From Octopus vulgaris (taxonomy: Eukaryota), in NCBI GenBank assembly GCA_951406725.2, contig OX597817.1, positions 44,330,001-44,394,000 of the forward strand: a stretch of DNA of 64,000 bases, in the 5' to 3' direction. Positions within the stretch are counted from its first letter, which is position 1; the number at the start of each line of letters is the position of its first letter. Shown piece after piece: positions 1 through 11,861 of this stretch. A program made the position numbers and the translations under genes. The notes below the pieces were generated by a model. It worked only from the letters and a program-made list of their open reading frames with translations, searched no databases and had not been told where the DNA came from.

Positions 1-524
1 GTTCTATGGATAGAGACAAACAGTGAATTTAAGAAGCTTACAAGCTGTATCTAGTATAGTGACAACGGTATTAAATAGTTTTACGCATAGCAAATGTTAA
101 AGCCGTTTATACCTAAGGTAATACTTTTCTGTGATTGTTTCCAATATTTCAGACAAACACAAAATAATACAGTTTCGCTGATTTTCTTTCACATATAAAA
201 ACACTTGGACCTGTTTATTCTAACATACACGAACATGAACACTCAAGCGCACAAACATAATACATACATACATACATGCATCCATACATGCATACAAGGA
301 TACAGACACACAAAAATAGATTCATACTAAAGTGTACAAAAGCGTGAAACACACGCTTGTATCCAACACACAGTTACAAATTATCCATGAGCCTAAACAA
401 GCATATATACACACAACACCCGATTCAGATAGCTATAAAATCCGAACACCTGCCTTTACTGAAATAAAAGAGCTTTACCACTTGGTTACTAGCCAATTTG
501 AATTCTCCAAAGGAAATACCTTGT

Positions 525-870
525 TGATGTGGCTGTGTGGTAAAAAGCTTGTTTCTCACCTACATGGTTTCGTGTTCGATCCCACTGCATTGCAGCTTGG
601 GTAAGTGTGTGAGTGGATTTGATAGACGGAAACTGAAGGAAGACCGTCGTATACATATATATTTATAAATTTGTTTTTTGTGTTAGGTTTTTTGTTAACG
701 TTTATCTCTCACCAACCGGTGTTGGGGTGTTTACGTCCCTGTAATTTAGCGGTCGACACAGAAGATACCAATAGAACAAGTACCAGCCCCTAAAACAAAT
801 AAGTACTAGGGCCACTCAAGGCGGTGCTCCAGCATGGCTGCAACCTAATGAGTAAAAAAAAAGATAAATA
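525..870 (+). mobile_element. tRNA-headed SINE family B, degenerate copy
   Basis: A-box-like GTGGCTGTGTGGT, B-box-like GTTCGATCCC, and shared blocks GTGAGTGGATTTG..GACGGAAACTG and GGCGGTGCTCCAGCATGG found in about 10 copies in the window. Confidence 0.85.
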
Positions 871-939
871 AATCCTAAAACAAATATGAATACATGCATG
901 TATACACACGTTTTATGTTTTATTTGAATCAGTTGCTGG

Positions 940-1375
940 ATACCGAGTTGGCGGGTTTCGTGGATCGAATCGATGCCAATATTTATTCATTTTTTAAATA
1001 CCTAGTACTCATTCTCTTTACTCTTTTACTCTTTTACTTGTTTCAGTCATTTGAGTGCGGCCATGCTGGAGCACCGCTTTTAGTCGAGCAAATAGACCCC
1101 AGGGCTTATTCTTTGTAAGCCTAGTACTTACAGTTTCCGTCTACCAAATCCACTCACAAGGCTTTGGTCGGCCCGAGGCTATAGTAGAAGACAGTTGCCC
1201 AAGGTGCCACGCAGTGGGACTGAACCTGGAACCATGTGTTCGGTAAACAAGCTACTTACCACACAGCCACTCCTGCGCCTGCCGAACCACTAAGTTACTG
1301 GGACGCAAACAAAACAGCACCACTTGTAGAGCGGTGCCGGTTGTGTGTGCAAAGACATAGATTTACATACACACA

Positions 1376-1465
<90 letters not shown>

Positions 1466-1669
1466 GCTAGCTAGCTAGCTAGCTATCCAAACACACATAT
1501 ACTCAACGGGCTTGCATACAATTTCTGTCTACCAAATTCACTCACAAGGCCTTGGTCAGCACGTGGCTATAGTATATGAGAACTGTCTAAGGCGCTGCAC
1601 GGTGGGTGTGAACATAGGACCACGTAATTACGAAGCGAGCTTCTGAACCACACAGCAATGCCTGTGTCT
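940..1669 (-). mobile_element. Older family B SINE (940-1015 + 1281-1669) with a younger, internally deleted family B copy nested at ~1015-1280
   Basis: Reverse complement of family B blocks. The inner copy runs from CTCTTTTACTTGTTTCAGTC to CACAGCCACTCCTGCGCCT; the outer copy resumes at GCCGAACCACTAAGTTAC and contains (TATC)n. Confidence 0.8.
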
Positions 1670-2451
1670 GTATGTCAGCTTGAGAACCAAAGTGTTAGGT
1701 TTTCGCTAATAGAGGATATATTCCCCGCTGGCAGAAACTGAACTGTTAAACCTACGATGATAAACTAGTTATTACCTCTATTTGCAGAAACGAGATTTAC
1801 TCCCCTCCATGTATATCATAAATTTACATTCCTATCTACTTAATATATTCGATTGATTATATTTAATTCTTAGCAAGGGAGATTTAGAGAATGCATCTTT
1901 TTCCACGGATAACGGTCTGTCTTGAAACTGAAGTGTTTTGCTATAACAGAGAAGAATAAAAGCGTTATTAACAGACCTCAAAGGGAGTTATGAATGCTTT
2001 GCAAAATATGCATTTAATAAGGTTATATCAGCGTGTGTGCTTTTTGGTGAACCTGATATATATTCCTTCCTAGGACACTGACCGTTACACTCAACTTAGC
2101 ATTGGCAGACGATAAAGAAATCTATAGAGATATTGTTGCGGTCTTTATAGTTACGCTGTAATAGAAGAACACAAGCGAATATATACACATTTATCTGTAC
2201 ATTATTATAGACGGATGTGTAAAATAATGAAAGTTTATGAATGGTTATTTGACTATATGCAGCGAAAATATTGCTATAGATATTTGATATATGTCCGTAA
2301 GGAGCTATACAACTACATTCTCAAGACTGGATACTTAGGTTTAGTAAGAAAGTTTCAGTTTTCTCTCGTTAGAATATGAAATATAATAACTGCACAAACA
2401 GTTTTCTATTATTTTTGGAAAGATATACATTAGTCCATTATTATTTAATTT

Positions 2452-2860
2452 GTGGAGGCGCAATTGCCCAGTGGTTAGGGAAGCGAACACGCGCGCTCCT
2501 AGGATCGCGGTTTCGATTCCCAGACCAGGCGTTGTGAGTGTTTATTGAGAGAAAACACCTAAAGCTCCACGATACTCCGGCAGGGGGTGGTGGTGAACCC
2601 TGCTGTACTTTTTCACCACACCTTTCTTTCTCCACCGCTTGGCAACCGGTGTTGGTATGTTTACGTCCCTGTAATTTAGCGGTTGGTACAGAAGATATCA
2701 CTTCTTGTTTCTGTTGTACCTGTATTTCAAAGGGCCAGCCTTGTCACACTCTGTGTCACACTGAATCCCCCAGAGAACTACGTTAAGGGACACACGTGTC
2801 TGTAGAGTGCTCAGCACGTTAATTTCACGAGCAGGCTGTCGTCGTAACCGACGGAGTGCC
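2452..2860 (+). mobile_element. tRNA-headed SINE family C with an internal family B fragment (~2633-2700)
   Basis: Head GTGGAGGCGCAATTGCCCAGTGGTTAGG, B-box GTTTCGATTCCC, tail ..GTCGTAACCGACGGAGTGCC; flanking direct repeat TTATTTAATTT at 2441-2451 and 2865-2875. Confidence 0.85.
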
Positions 2861-2879
2861 ACGGTTATTTAATTTAAGG

Positions 2880-3088
2880 AAGGTGGCAAGCTGGCAGAAT
2901 CGTTAGAATGCCGGGCGAAATGCTTAGCGGTATTTCGTCTGCCGCTACGTTCTGAGTTCAAGATTGACTTCACCGTTCATCCTTTCGGGGTCGATAAATT
3001 AGGTACCAGTTGAGTACTGGGATCGATGTAATCGATAATCTCCCCCTCCAAAATGTCAGGCCTTGTGCCTATAGTAGAAAGGATTATT
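2880..3088 (+). mobile_element. SINE family A (Meta-domain-like), old-type tail
   Basis: Head GGTGGCAAGCTGGCAGAATCGTTAG, central TTCATCCTTTCGGGGTCGATAAATTAGGTACCAG resembling the MetaSINE domain, tail GGCCTTGTGCCTATAGTAGAAAGGATTATT. Confidence 0.85.
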
Positions 3089-3313
3089 TAAGGGGAGTTT
3101 AGTAACAACTATATAAGGGTAGTCATGTATGAAACTAGTTTAATCAAAATAATGCTTCTTTGGCGCTCACTATACGAATACTCTGTGATAAATCCATCGT
3201 TATGTCTCTTTTGGGAAACTAATACCAGTGATCTAAGGTTGGTGCGACCGCTAAGACAAGATCCGTAGAAGACTGTGTTTTAAACACAAAAGTCACTTAG
3301 GGAAATTTTGTAT

Positions 3314-3752
3314 AGGCGTAGGAGTGGCTGTGTGGTAAGTAACTTGCTTACGAGCTACATGGTTCCGGGTTCAGTCCCACTGCGTGGCACCTTGGACAAG
3401 TGTATTCTACTACAGTTTCGGGACAACCAAAGCCTTGTGAGTGGATTTGGTTGACGGATATTGAAAGAAGCCCGTCGTATGTATGTATATATATATGTGT
3501 GTGTGTGTGTGTGCGTGTGTGTGTGTATGCTTGTGTGTTTGTGTCTGTCCCTCCCCCTAACATCGCTTGACAACCGATGCTGGTGTGTTTACGTCTCCGT
3601 AACCTAGTGGTTCGGCAAAAGATACCGATAAAATAAGCACTAGGTTTACAAAGAATAAGTACTGGGGTCGATGTGCTCGACTAAAGGTGGTGCTCCAGCA
3701 TGGCCACAATCAAATGACTGAAAAAAGTAAGAGAGTAAATGAGTAAAGAGTA
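3314..3752 (+). mobile_element. Full-length family B SINE with internal (TA)n(TG)n
   Basis: Complete head to tail match to the copies at 36579 and 60237; short GAGTAA-type tail repeats. Confidence 0.92.
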
Positions 3753-4107
3753 ATAATGTATTTCGGCTTGTGCCGTTCCACGTTTGTATACACAATATAA
3801 AAGTATATACCCTCCGGTATTTTAATCCAAGGTTAATTTAAGTGCATTTATTAAGTTCATGGGAGCCGGGTTAGCTTCCTCACATATCAGTAAATGTTAT
3901 GTTTACTGATTTCTATATCAAAATGAGCATAGTTTTCGGTTTAGCTGTGAACAATCAAGGTATTTGTTAATGAAGAGACCAAATCAGGTCGAAACACCTG
4001 CCTGCCGATCAAACGGGATTATCTCTGAAACGCTGTGTTTGTAACTTAAGAAAAATATTTTGAGAAGTTCCTCTGTCACAAAATTTTACTGTAAGTGATT
4101 TATCCTT

Positions 4108-4885
4108 TCTCTTTTTACTTGTTTCAAGCATTAGACTGCGGCCATGCTGGAGCACCGCCGGTGCTTATTATTTTGGAAAGCCTGGTACTTATTCATTCAC
4201 TCTCTTATGACGAATCGCTAAGTTACGGGACGTAAATACATCAACAACGGTTGTCAAGCAGTGGTGAAGGAAAAACACACACACACATCGAAAACGCATT
4301 AAATAATCATCGTATTCCAATTTCCTTCACTTTTCAATTGTTAGTAGACAGTCGTTTGACACAGACACAACATGGACTAAGCTTCCAGGTGTTTGGGATA
4401 AAGTTTTCAGAAATAATCCAATACGTTTACCGTCAATCCCGTAATATATTCACAGGTCCCGCCAGTATATATATTGTATATATTATATTATAAACATATA
4501 TATATTAAAAAATACGTAAATATGCTTATGTTTAAATGCATACATATATTTCGATATATTTATGTATGTATATACTTTTTGTCTTCTATTTTTGTTCAGC
4601 AATTTGACTGTGGCCATGCCGAAACACCGCCTTCAACAATTTGTTTTAGTGGAATGAATCGACCCATTCTTTTTTTGAAAAACAAACCTGGTACTTATTT
4701 AATCGAACTCTTTTGCTGAAATGCTAAGTTATGAGGACGGAAGCACATCAACACTGGTTGTGAAGCGTCGGTTGGGGATAAACACAGACACACAGACACA
4801 AAGACACAATCACACTCACACACACACACATACGTATACGACGAAGTACTTTCAGTTTCCGTCTACTAAATCCAGTTACAAAGCT
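4108..4885 (-). mobile_element. Two partial family B SINEs (4108-4290, 4585-4885)
   Basis: GACTGCGGCCATGCTGGAGCACCGCC and TTTCAGTTTCCGTCTAC blocks in reverse orientation. Confidence 0.8.
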
Positions 4886-5280
4886 TCTACGTGGCTGGAG
4901 GAGGAAACTCTACTCTTATCTACCTTACATGTCTCACTACGAACGGAGTCTGCAGATATTTTGATTATTAATATTCAAAACAAAGAGTGTCTTCAACATG
5001 CAAAATACTAGGCTTGAACTTAAGACCTTTAGCTCTAACATTTCTAACATTCACACAATTGAACTACTAAATCAGGTACCAATGAATGGCGCCATAATTT
5101 CTGGAAACATGTTTGCTGTCATTGCAATGACAATATTTTACCGAATTGTCCAGGCTGAAATGAATTAAATAACAAAGAAAATATTCATTGGAAATTAAAA
5201 TGTAATTCAAAATATATGTTCGATTTACATTTTTACTCTTTCACCTTTTAGATATTTCTGAAATCTATATCAATGCATGA

Positions 5281-5600
5281 ATGTTCGTCCGTCATTGACG
5301 ACGATGACCAAGTACATCATACAGGAGAAGAGGATGGGTGGCGGTGTTGTCCTGCTGAAGCCAATCAGTCCGATGTGTGCTCAGAAGGTTCTGCTGCAGG
5401 TCTAGCACTTGTGGTCTGCTAGGAAAGTAAGTAAGGAGTTGGCTCTGGGCTGGCACAGTTCACATTTTATTTCTGCTCCTGCCATTTTGATATGTTCGTA
5501 AAAGATAACTCTGCTGGTGCAACTTCACCAGGCAGTGTGGTCCCGTGCTTGCATTTCCTATGTGTCGGGGATGCACAATTTTACCGACTTAATACGCAAC
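5281..5600 (-). mobile_element. RTE-clade LINE 3' fragment (C-terminal zinc-finger remnant)
   Basis: Minus-strand translation HKC*TCSRTF*AHIGLIGFSRT resembles the RTE C-terminal CxxCxRxFRAxIGLxSHxRTH; ends in GGTCATCGTCGTCAATGACGGACGAACA, a typical RTE 3' end. Confidence 0.75.
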
Positions 5601-5994
5601 ACCCTTCCCTCTTTATCTCTCATTCTTCACCTTGCCTTCTCTTTCTCCCTCCTTTTTCTTTCTCCCGTCCTTTTCACTCGCTATCTACCTTTTCCTACAA
5701 CTAATTACGTGAAAGCGTTACAAACGGGCTAAGTAACGGAGGAAAAATAATTTAGTCAAAAAGAAATTATACATTTCACTCACCACCACCTCTCCCATTC
5801 CGCCCCTACCCCTCTCCTACTTTACTACTTACGTGAAAGCGTTATGGATGGGTTAAGTAACGGAAGAACAAGTACAATTTTTATAAGATAATATATGTAT
5901 GTATGTATGTATGTGTGTGTATGTATGTATGTATGTATGTATGTATGTATGTATGTATGTATGTATGTATGTATGTATGTATGTATGTATGTGT

Positions 5995-6330
5995 ATACAC
6001 ATGTGAATAGAGAGAAAACAAGGACTGAAAATTTACAGACGATGAGCATTCAACTATAAATATTTAGATATTTAATATTAATAAAACAAACTTGGAGTAC
6101 AAAGACACCGGAAACGAAAGGAGGTCGGGGTCCGAAAGCTGTTTTGAGTGGATGGTTACTTGGACTTACCCATATAAGCATTCGGTAGATTCGGCCTAGA
6201 TTTTTATCTCTCCATCCTGAAGACGGCGGCCAGATAGATCCAATGTATATATAAATATCTATATGGTTATACTCGAATATTTATCGTCCGAACATTTTCG
6301 GTCTTCTCTCTATTTTAACATGTATACATG
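5995..6330. mobile_element. Small element with imperfect inverted ends between microsatellites; possible Penelope pLTR derivative
   Basis: CATGTGAATAGAGAGAAAAC at the left versus GTCTTCTCTCTATTTTAACATG at the right; decayed CTGAAGA...CCGAAC motif at ~6217-6293. Confidence 0.45.
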
Positions 6331-6424
6331 TATACGTGCACGTACATTTTGTATATTTAACCCAAGTAGTTTTATTTGTTTATTTGCACCATTATCTCCA
6401 TGTGGATATATGTCTATGTAAAGT

Positions 6425-6426
<2 letters not shown>

Positions 6427-6476
<50 letters not shown>

Positions 6477-6642
6477 CACACGCACCACATATATATGTAT
6501 ATTTGTACGTACGTATGTATATTTATATGTATGTATATTTATGCGTATGTATGTATATTTACATGGACGTATGTGTATATATATATATATACATATATAT
6601 ATGTATATACATATGTATGTATATACATATGTATGTATATAT

Positions 6643-6703
<61 letters not shown>

Positions 6704-6784
6704 TAGATATTTACATATTTATACATATACATATATATATGTATATTTATATATATGTATATGTATTTATATATATTTACACAC

Positions 6785-6818
<34 letters not shown>

Positions 6819-6837
6819 TTACACCCATATATATACA

Positions 6838-6875
<38 letters not shown>

Positions 6876-6990
6876 GTAATACATATACATATATAAGTAT
6901 GCATATAAAATTATATATAATATTATATGTGTACAGATACATATACATAAACTCATATCTATACATATACCTTTATATACACGCACACAC
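6427..6990. repeat. Compound (TA)n/(CA)n/(TATG)n microsatellite
   Basis: Directly visible; source of the YIYI-type ORFs. Confidence 0.97.
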
Positions 6991-7844
6991 ATTTCATCAA
7001 CCAAGATATTCTCCTGAATACAAATATGTCTCATGAAATAATTAAGACAATGCTTTCAAGAAAGATCGATTTAAGCTCCAGTTGAAAGAGAAATCAATAT
7101 AACAAGACAATATTTTGTTGATATTGAGTACAATGTAGTGGTTATTAGTTGCAACAACTGTGGTATTGGTCTGATTCTCTCTTCTTTCAGACACTCTCTT
7201 TCTTATAACTGCTGTATGTAATATCTCTCCTCTCACCTTACTCTATTACGAGATGAGACTCTCACAAATATACATTCACGAATGTAGACCCTTTACAAAT
7301 AGACACATGTTGACAGAAGTCAAAAATTAATAGAAACAGACTCAATCATATTATTAGAAATATATTCCAAAAAAAGGAAGAATATATTCGTATATCGAAA
7401 ATATCAAAAAATATATTAAAAAACGACTTGATACAACTCAAGATCGACAATGGAACGTAAAACAAATAAGTAAAGTTCAGTTTTGTTTTTAGCATAACTC
7501 CAGACGTTCTGATATATGAAATTTTCCGTCAGCCATTTTTTCTTCTCCATCTTGTTCTCACCTTGTCTCTGGAGGAAAGAAGAGAAAATATATGTATCGG
7601 AGGTTGTGTTTTCTGACAAAACAAGACGAAACCAGAATATATAAACGAATAGAAAGACTCCATCTAACTAAACTGATTTATTTTGCAACACTAATATAAT
7701 TCACTAATATAATTCACATTTCATTATATCTTCATTAGATTTGCAAGAAATTCCATCGATGTTAGGTTCACTATCTTGTTAGCATTTATTGATTTTGAAC
7801 AAGTCCGAGGGAATTACACACACACATGCACACACACACACGCG

Positions 7845-7911
<67 letters not shown>

Positions 7912-8096
7912 TTATATATGTATGTATATACGTGTATATATATATATATATTTTTATATATGTATATACACATCGTATATGTACTCACATATCAGAAATC
8001 AGAAATTTTGCGTCTTTGAGGTGCTGCCTTTCTGTGTGATTGTACTGATATACCTTGTACCATTCCCATTCCATGATTGCTTCTTGTGAAATAGGA

Positions 8097-8114
8097 CGTG
8101 ATGACGTCATCACG
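8097..8114. promoter_or_regulatory. 18-bp perfect palindrome with an extended CRE site
   Basis: CGTGATGACGTCATCACG contains TGACGTCA; function is inferred only. Confidence 0.4.
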
Positions 8115-8539
8115 AGTAAGAGAACACTCCTATAGATGAGATCGAAATCCCATTCTTTCTTCAGAATTTTATTTAGCATTTCATTCTTTTCTAACTCCAC
8201 CACAAAGTAAGAGTGATATGTAGATTCATAAATATATGAAGTTATATATTTTTTTATTCATTTGCAGATAAAAGAAAAGTGAATATTTACTCAATGCAGT
8301 GAGAAATACAGCCAGGAATTACAAGTGTATACAGACAATATTCTCTCTATATATATATTTAATAATTATTCTGCAAAATCTATAAACAGACATTTATGCT
8401 TCTACAAACGTGCCTCTTCTGGGAAGTCTTACGTTTAATGGAAAATTGCATTATAGTAGTACAGTCAAGAGAAAACAAGAGAAATTTATAATAGGAAACA
8501 GTCATGTTTACTTAAAAAAGTCAGTAGTATGGATTCAAT

Positions 8540-8576
8540 ATATCTACCAGTCTATCTATCTATCTATCTATCTATC

Positions 8577-8668
<92 letters not shown>

Positions 8669-8795
8669 GTTTATCTATCTATCTATCTATCTATCTATCT
8701 GTTTATCTATCTATCTATCTATCTATCTATTTATCTATCTATCTATTTACGCACATATACATACTCACAACTACACCTGCGCTCGCAGACGCCCG

Positions 8796-8860
<65 letters not shown>
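8540..8860. repeat. (ATCT)n followed by (CG)n(CA)n microsatellites
   Basis: Directly visible. Confidence 0.97.
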
Positions 8861-8863
<3 letters not shown>

Positions 8864-9152
8864 AATAATTTTCCAACTGAACAGAAAGTAGTGTTTGGCA
8901 ATATACAATTGCATCAATCGACGAACGATATCATCTCATCCGATGAAATCATTCTACTTTAAAGCGAACAGCTTTTTACACGGAGAGAAATAGTATTTTA
9001 GTTTTATATAACGGCTGACGTCGATAGATTCCACTATTTTAAGTTATAACACATTCAGTCTAGAATATGAATTTAATTTAAACATAGATTTCCACAAGAC
9101 ATTTCGTTTAAGATATCACCCCCACCCCCCACACACACATATATAGTAAAAG

Positions 9153-9432
9153 AACACTCCGTCGGTTATGACGACGAGGATCCCAGCTGATACGATCAAC
9201 GGAAAAGCTTGCTCGTGAAATTAATGTGCAAGTGGCTGAGCACTCTACTGACACGTGTACTCTTAACATAGTTCTCAGGGAGATTCAGCGTGATACAGAG
9301 TGTGACAAGGCTGGCCTTTTGCCCGCTGAGTGGACTGGAGCAACGTGAAATAAAGTGTTTTTCTCAAGGACACAACGCGTTGCCGATATTACGATCGTGA
9401 GCCGATTGCCCTAACCACAAAGCCACGTGCCT
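9153..9432 (-). mobile_element. Family C SINE
   Basis: Reverse complement of the tail of the 2452 copy (CACTCCGTCGGTTATGACGAC, GTGTGACAAGGCTGGCC) plus a tRNA-like head. Confidence 0.85.
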
Positions 9433-9502
<70 letters not shown>

Positions 9503-9533
9503 CTCTCTCTATCTATCTATCTATCTATCTGTC

Positions 9534-10086
9534 AATCTTCTATCTTCTTCAAGTACCACTTGAAAAGGAAAGTGCGAGTAGAGAGGCAAGTTTTGTCTAG
9601 CGAACGTTTTAAAAAAAGATGGGTGAATGTAGCAAGGATGGCACGTATGAATGACGAAGCCACCTTGAGCATAATCCTATGAACCCAGAAATTGAAAACA
9701 GAGGGTTACCCACTTGCAAACAAATGTGGTAACATATAACAATATTGACCAAGGTTACCGTGGTCTTTTTCGTAGGCTTTTCTTCCCACGGACAAACCTT
9801 ACTTGCTTTCCCCTTTACACCATACATCATGACACTGTGATACACGATCCCTATTGATCGTTTTTTTCCTCTTCCCCTTTTTCCTCTTTTTTTTCTTTTT
9901 TTTTTCATTTTTCTTTTCTTTTGTTCCTTTTCCCTTTTTTCTTTTTTTCTTTTCCTTTTTTTTTCTTTTTACGATCCCTTCTGATCGAAAACCTACGCCA
10001 CCTTTTTTTTTTCTCCCCCAAAAGAAAAGCTCTACCTTGTAACTTGTCCCATCTGTGTGCAGCCCTGTGTGGCCAATAAAGAAACT
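9534..10086 (+). mobile_element. 5'-truncated Tx1/L1-clade LINE: ORF2 C-terminus (9545-9682) plus 3'UTR, inserted in (ATCT)n
   Basis: Open frame FFKYHLKRKVRVERQVLSSERFKKRWVNVARMARMNDEATLSIIL* resembles Tx1 ORF2 ends (RIRVE...F.KRW); T-rich 3'UTR ends AATAAAGAAAC; TATCTATCTGTC on both sides (9522-9533, 10087-10098). Confidence 0.75.
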
Positions 10087-10103
10087 TATCTATCTGTCTA
10101 TCT

Positions 10104-10135
<32 letters not shown>

Positions 10136-10974
10136 ATCTGTCTGTCTATCTGTCTATCTATCTGTCTATCGACTCATACACACACACACATACACACACA
10201 CACACGCTCACACATACATAGCTTGCTCCCTTGCTTTCGGCGCGTGTATTTTTGTGATTTGTAAAGTGGTGAGGCGATTTAGCGTCTATCTTTAGCATAT
10301 AGGATTCAAAATAATTTAACATCTTATCCTTAGTCTAGTGCTTGCTCGACACAGAAATCACAAGGTCGGTGGTAAATATTTCACTCCATTCTTCCTTGTA
10401 TTATTTTTTATTCCCTGACCGAGTTTTTGATACTTTTAGCGTTTCTATGCCTTGATTTAGAAACCTTTTCTTAATTTATGTCCCGCTCATACGTTGTTAC
10501 CTTATTTTTAATGATAAATTGATGTATGTAAAAGCGAGATGAAAGGTGTTGTAAATTGTTTAAGTGTATCGGTAAATGTAACTTGTTGAGTTTTCTCTGT
10601 AAATGTTCAACGACAATGGGACTGTTTGAAGGAAATCCTTTTGTAATGTCTCAATCTGGTAAACTCCCACACTTATCGTTTCACCCCAAGGAACAGTATT
10701 TTCAGCTTACCGAATGAAATATTTGGTTGCAGTTGCTTGGGCGCAGATTGGACATTCAATTCATTTTGGCGATAGTACTGGTTGGCACTGGAAACAAACA
10801 TAGATGCACACAGGCACCCACACGGGCGCAGAAATGTTCACCTATAAATAGAAACAGTGAAATTGAGAGCGAGACATTGCAATTTATTAAATGAACACGA
10901 TTTACGTTAAAAATCACAAAAATACTCGCGCCGAAAGCGAGGGAGCAAGCTGTGTATGTGTGTGTGAGTAGATT

Positions 10975-11054
10975 GAAAGACAGATAGATAGACAGATAGA
11001 TAGACAGACAGATAGATAGATAGATAAATAAACAGAAAGACAGACAGACAGATT

Positions 11055-11100
<46 letters not shown>

Positions 11101-11172
11101 CAGACAGATAGACAGATAGACAGACAGACAGATAGATAAACAGAAAGACAGACAGATAGATAGATAGATAGG

Positions 11173-11236
<64 letters not shown>

Positions 11237-11310
11237 GAATTATGCTCACATACATAAGCAATGAGAGAGAAAAAGAGGATGAGGGTGAAAGAGAGAGAGA
11301 GAGAGAGAAC
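10975..11310. repeat. (AGAT/AGAC)n and (AG)n microsatellites
   Basis: Directly visible. Confidence 0.97.
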
Positions 11311-11628
11311 GAGAGAAACATCGAAACGTCGTATATCAAGCAAGCTAACGACAAATCAGTCGGAAGCAACTCTGCCAAGACGCCTCATAACATTTACCCT
11401 ACGCTTGCAGTATAATATTAACGATCATGTGTACAGAGCACATGAAACTTAAATCTATTAAAGCCGAGGGCAACGTGACATGGCACCGTCTTTATTGACA
11501 AGTCAGTTGCTTTAAATATAGGATACACTTCCGATTTTTGATACTGTTCTTATCGAGCCTGAAAGGATGAACAGCATAACTGGCCGAAGCTAAATTTGAG
11601 CTCAGAATATGAGGACTCAATAAATACC

Positions 11629-11861
11629 TATTTCTTTACTACCCACAAGGGGCTAAACACAGAGAGGACAAACAAGGACAGACAAACGGATTAAGTCGAT
11701 TATATCGACCCCAGTGCGTAACTGGTACTTATTTAATCGACCCCGAAAGGATGAAAGGCAAAGTCGACCTCGGCGGAATTTGAACTCAGAACGTAACAAC
11801 AGACGAAATACGGCTACGCATTTCGCCCGGCGTGCTAACGATTCTGCCAGCTCGCCGCCTT
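11629..11861 (-). mobile_element. Young family A SINE (Tx1-like tail) nested in an older family A copy (~11540-11930)
   Basis: Complete copy with a 16-bp TSD GGACTCAATAAATACC at 11613-11628 and 11864-11879. Confidence 0.92.

Noticed and set aside
2452-2530. tRNA gene-like sequences (also 3314, 32710, 36579, 63340)
   Set aside because: A/B boxes run into SINE bodies and no complete cloverleaf is evident
5252-5426. Apparent plus-strand exon (TTTTAG ... AAA|GTAAGT)
   Set aside because: All three frames contain stops, and the sequence is explained by a minus-strand RTE 3' end
10782-10803. miR-96/263-like TTGGCACTGG
   Set aside because: The 3' half does not match and no complementary arm is visible
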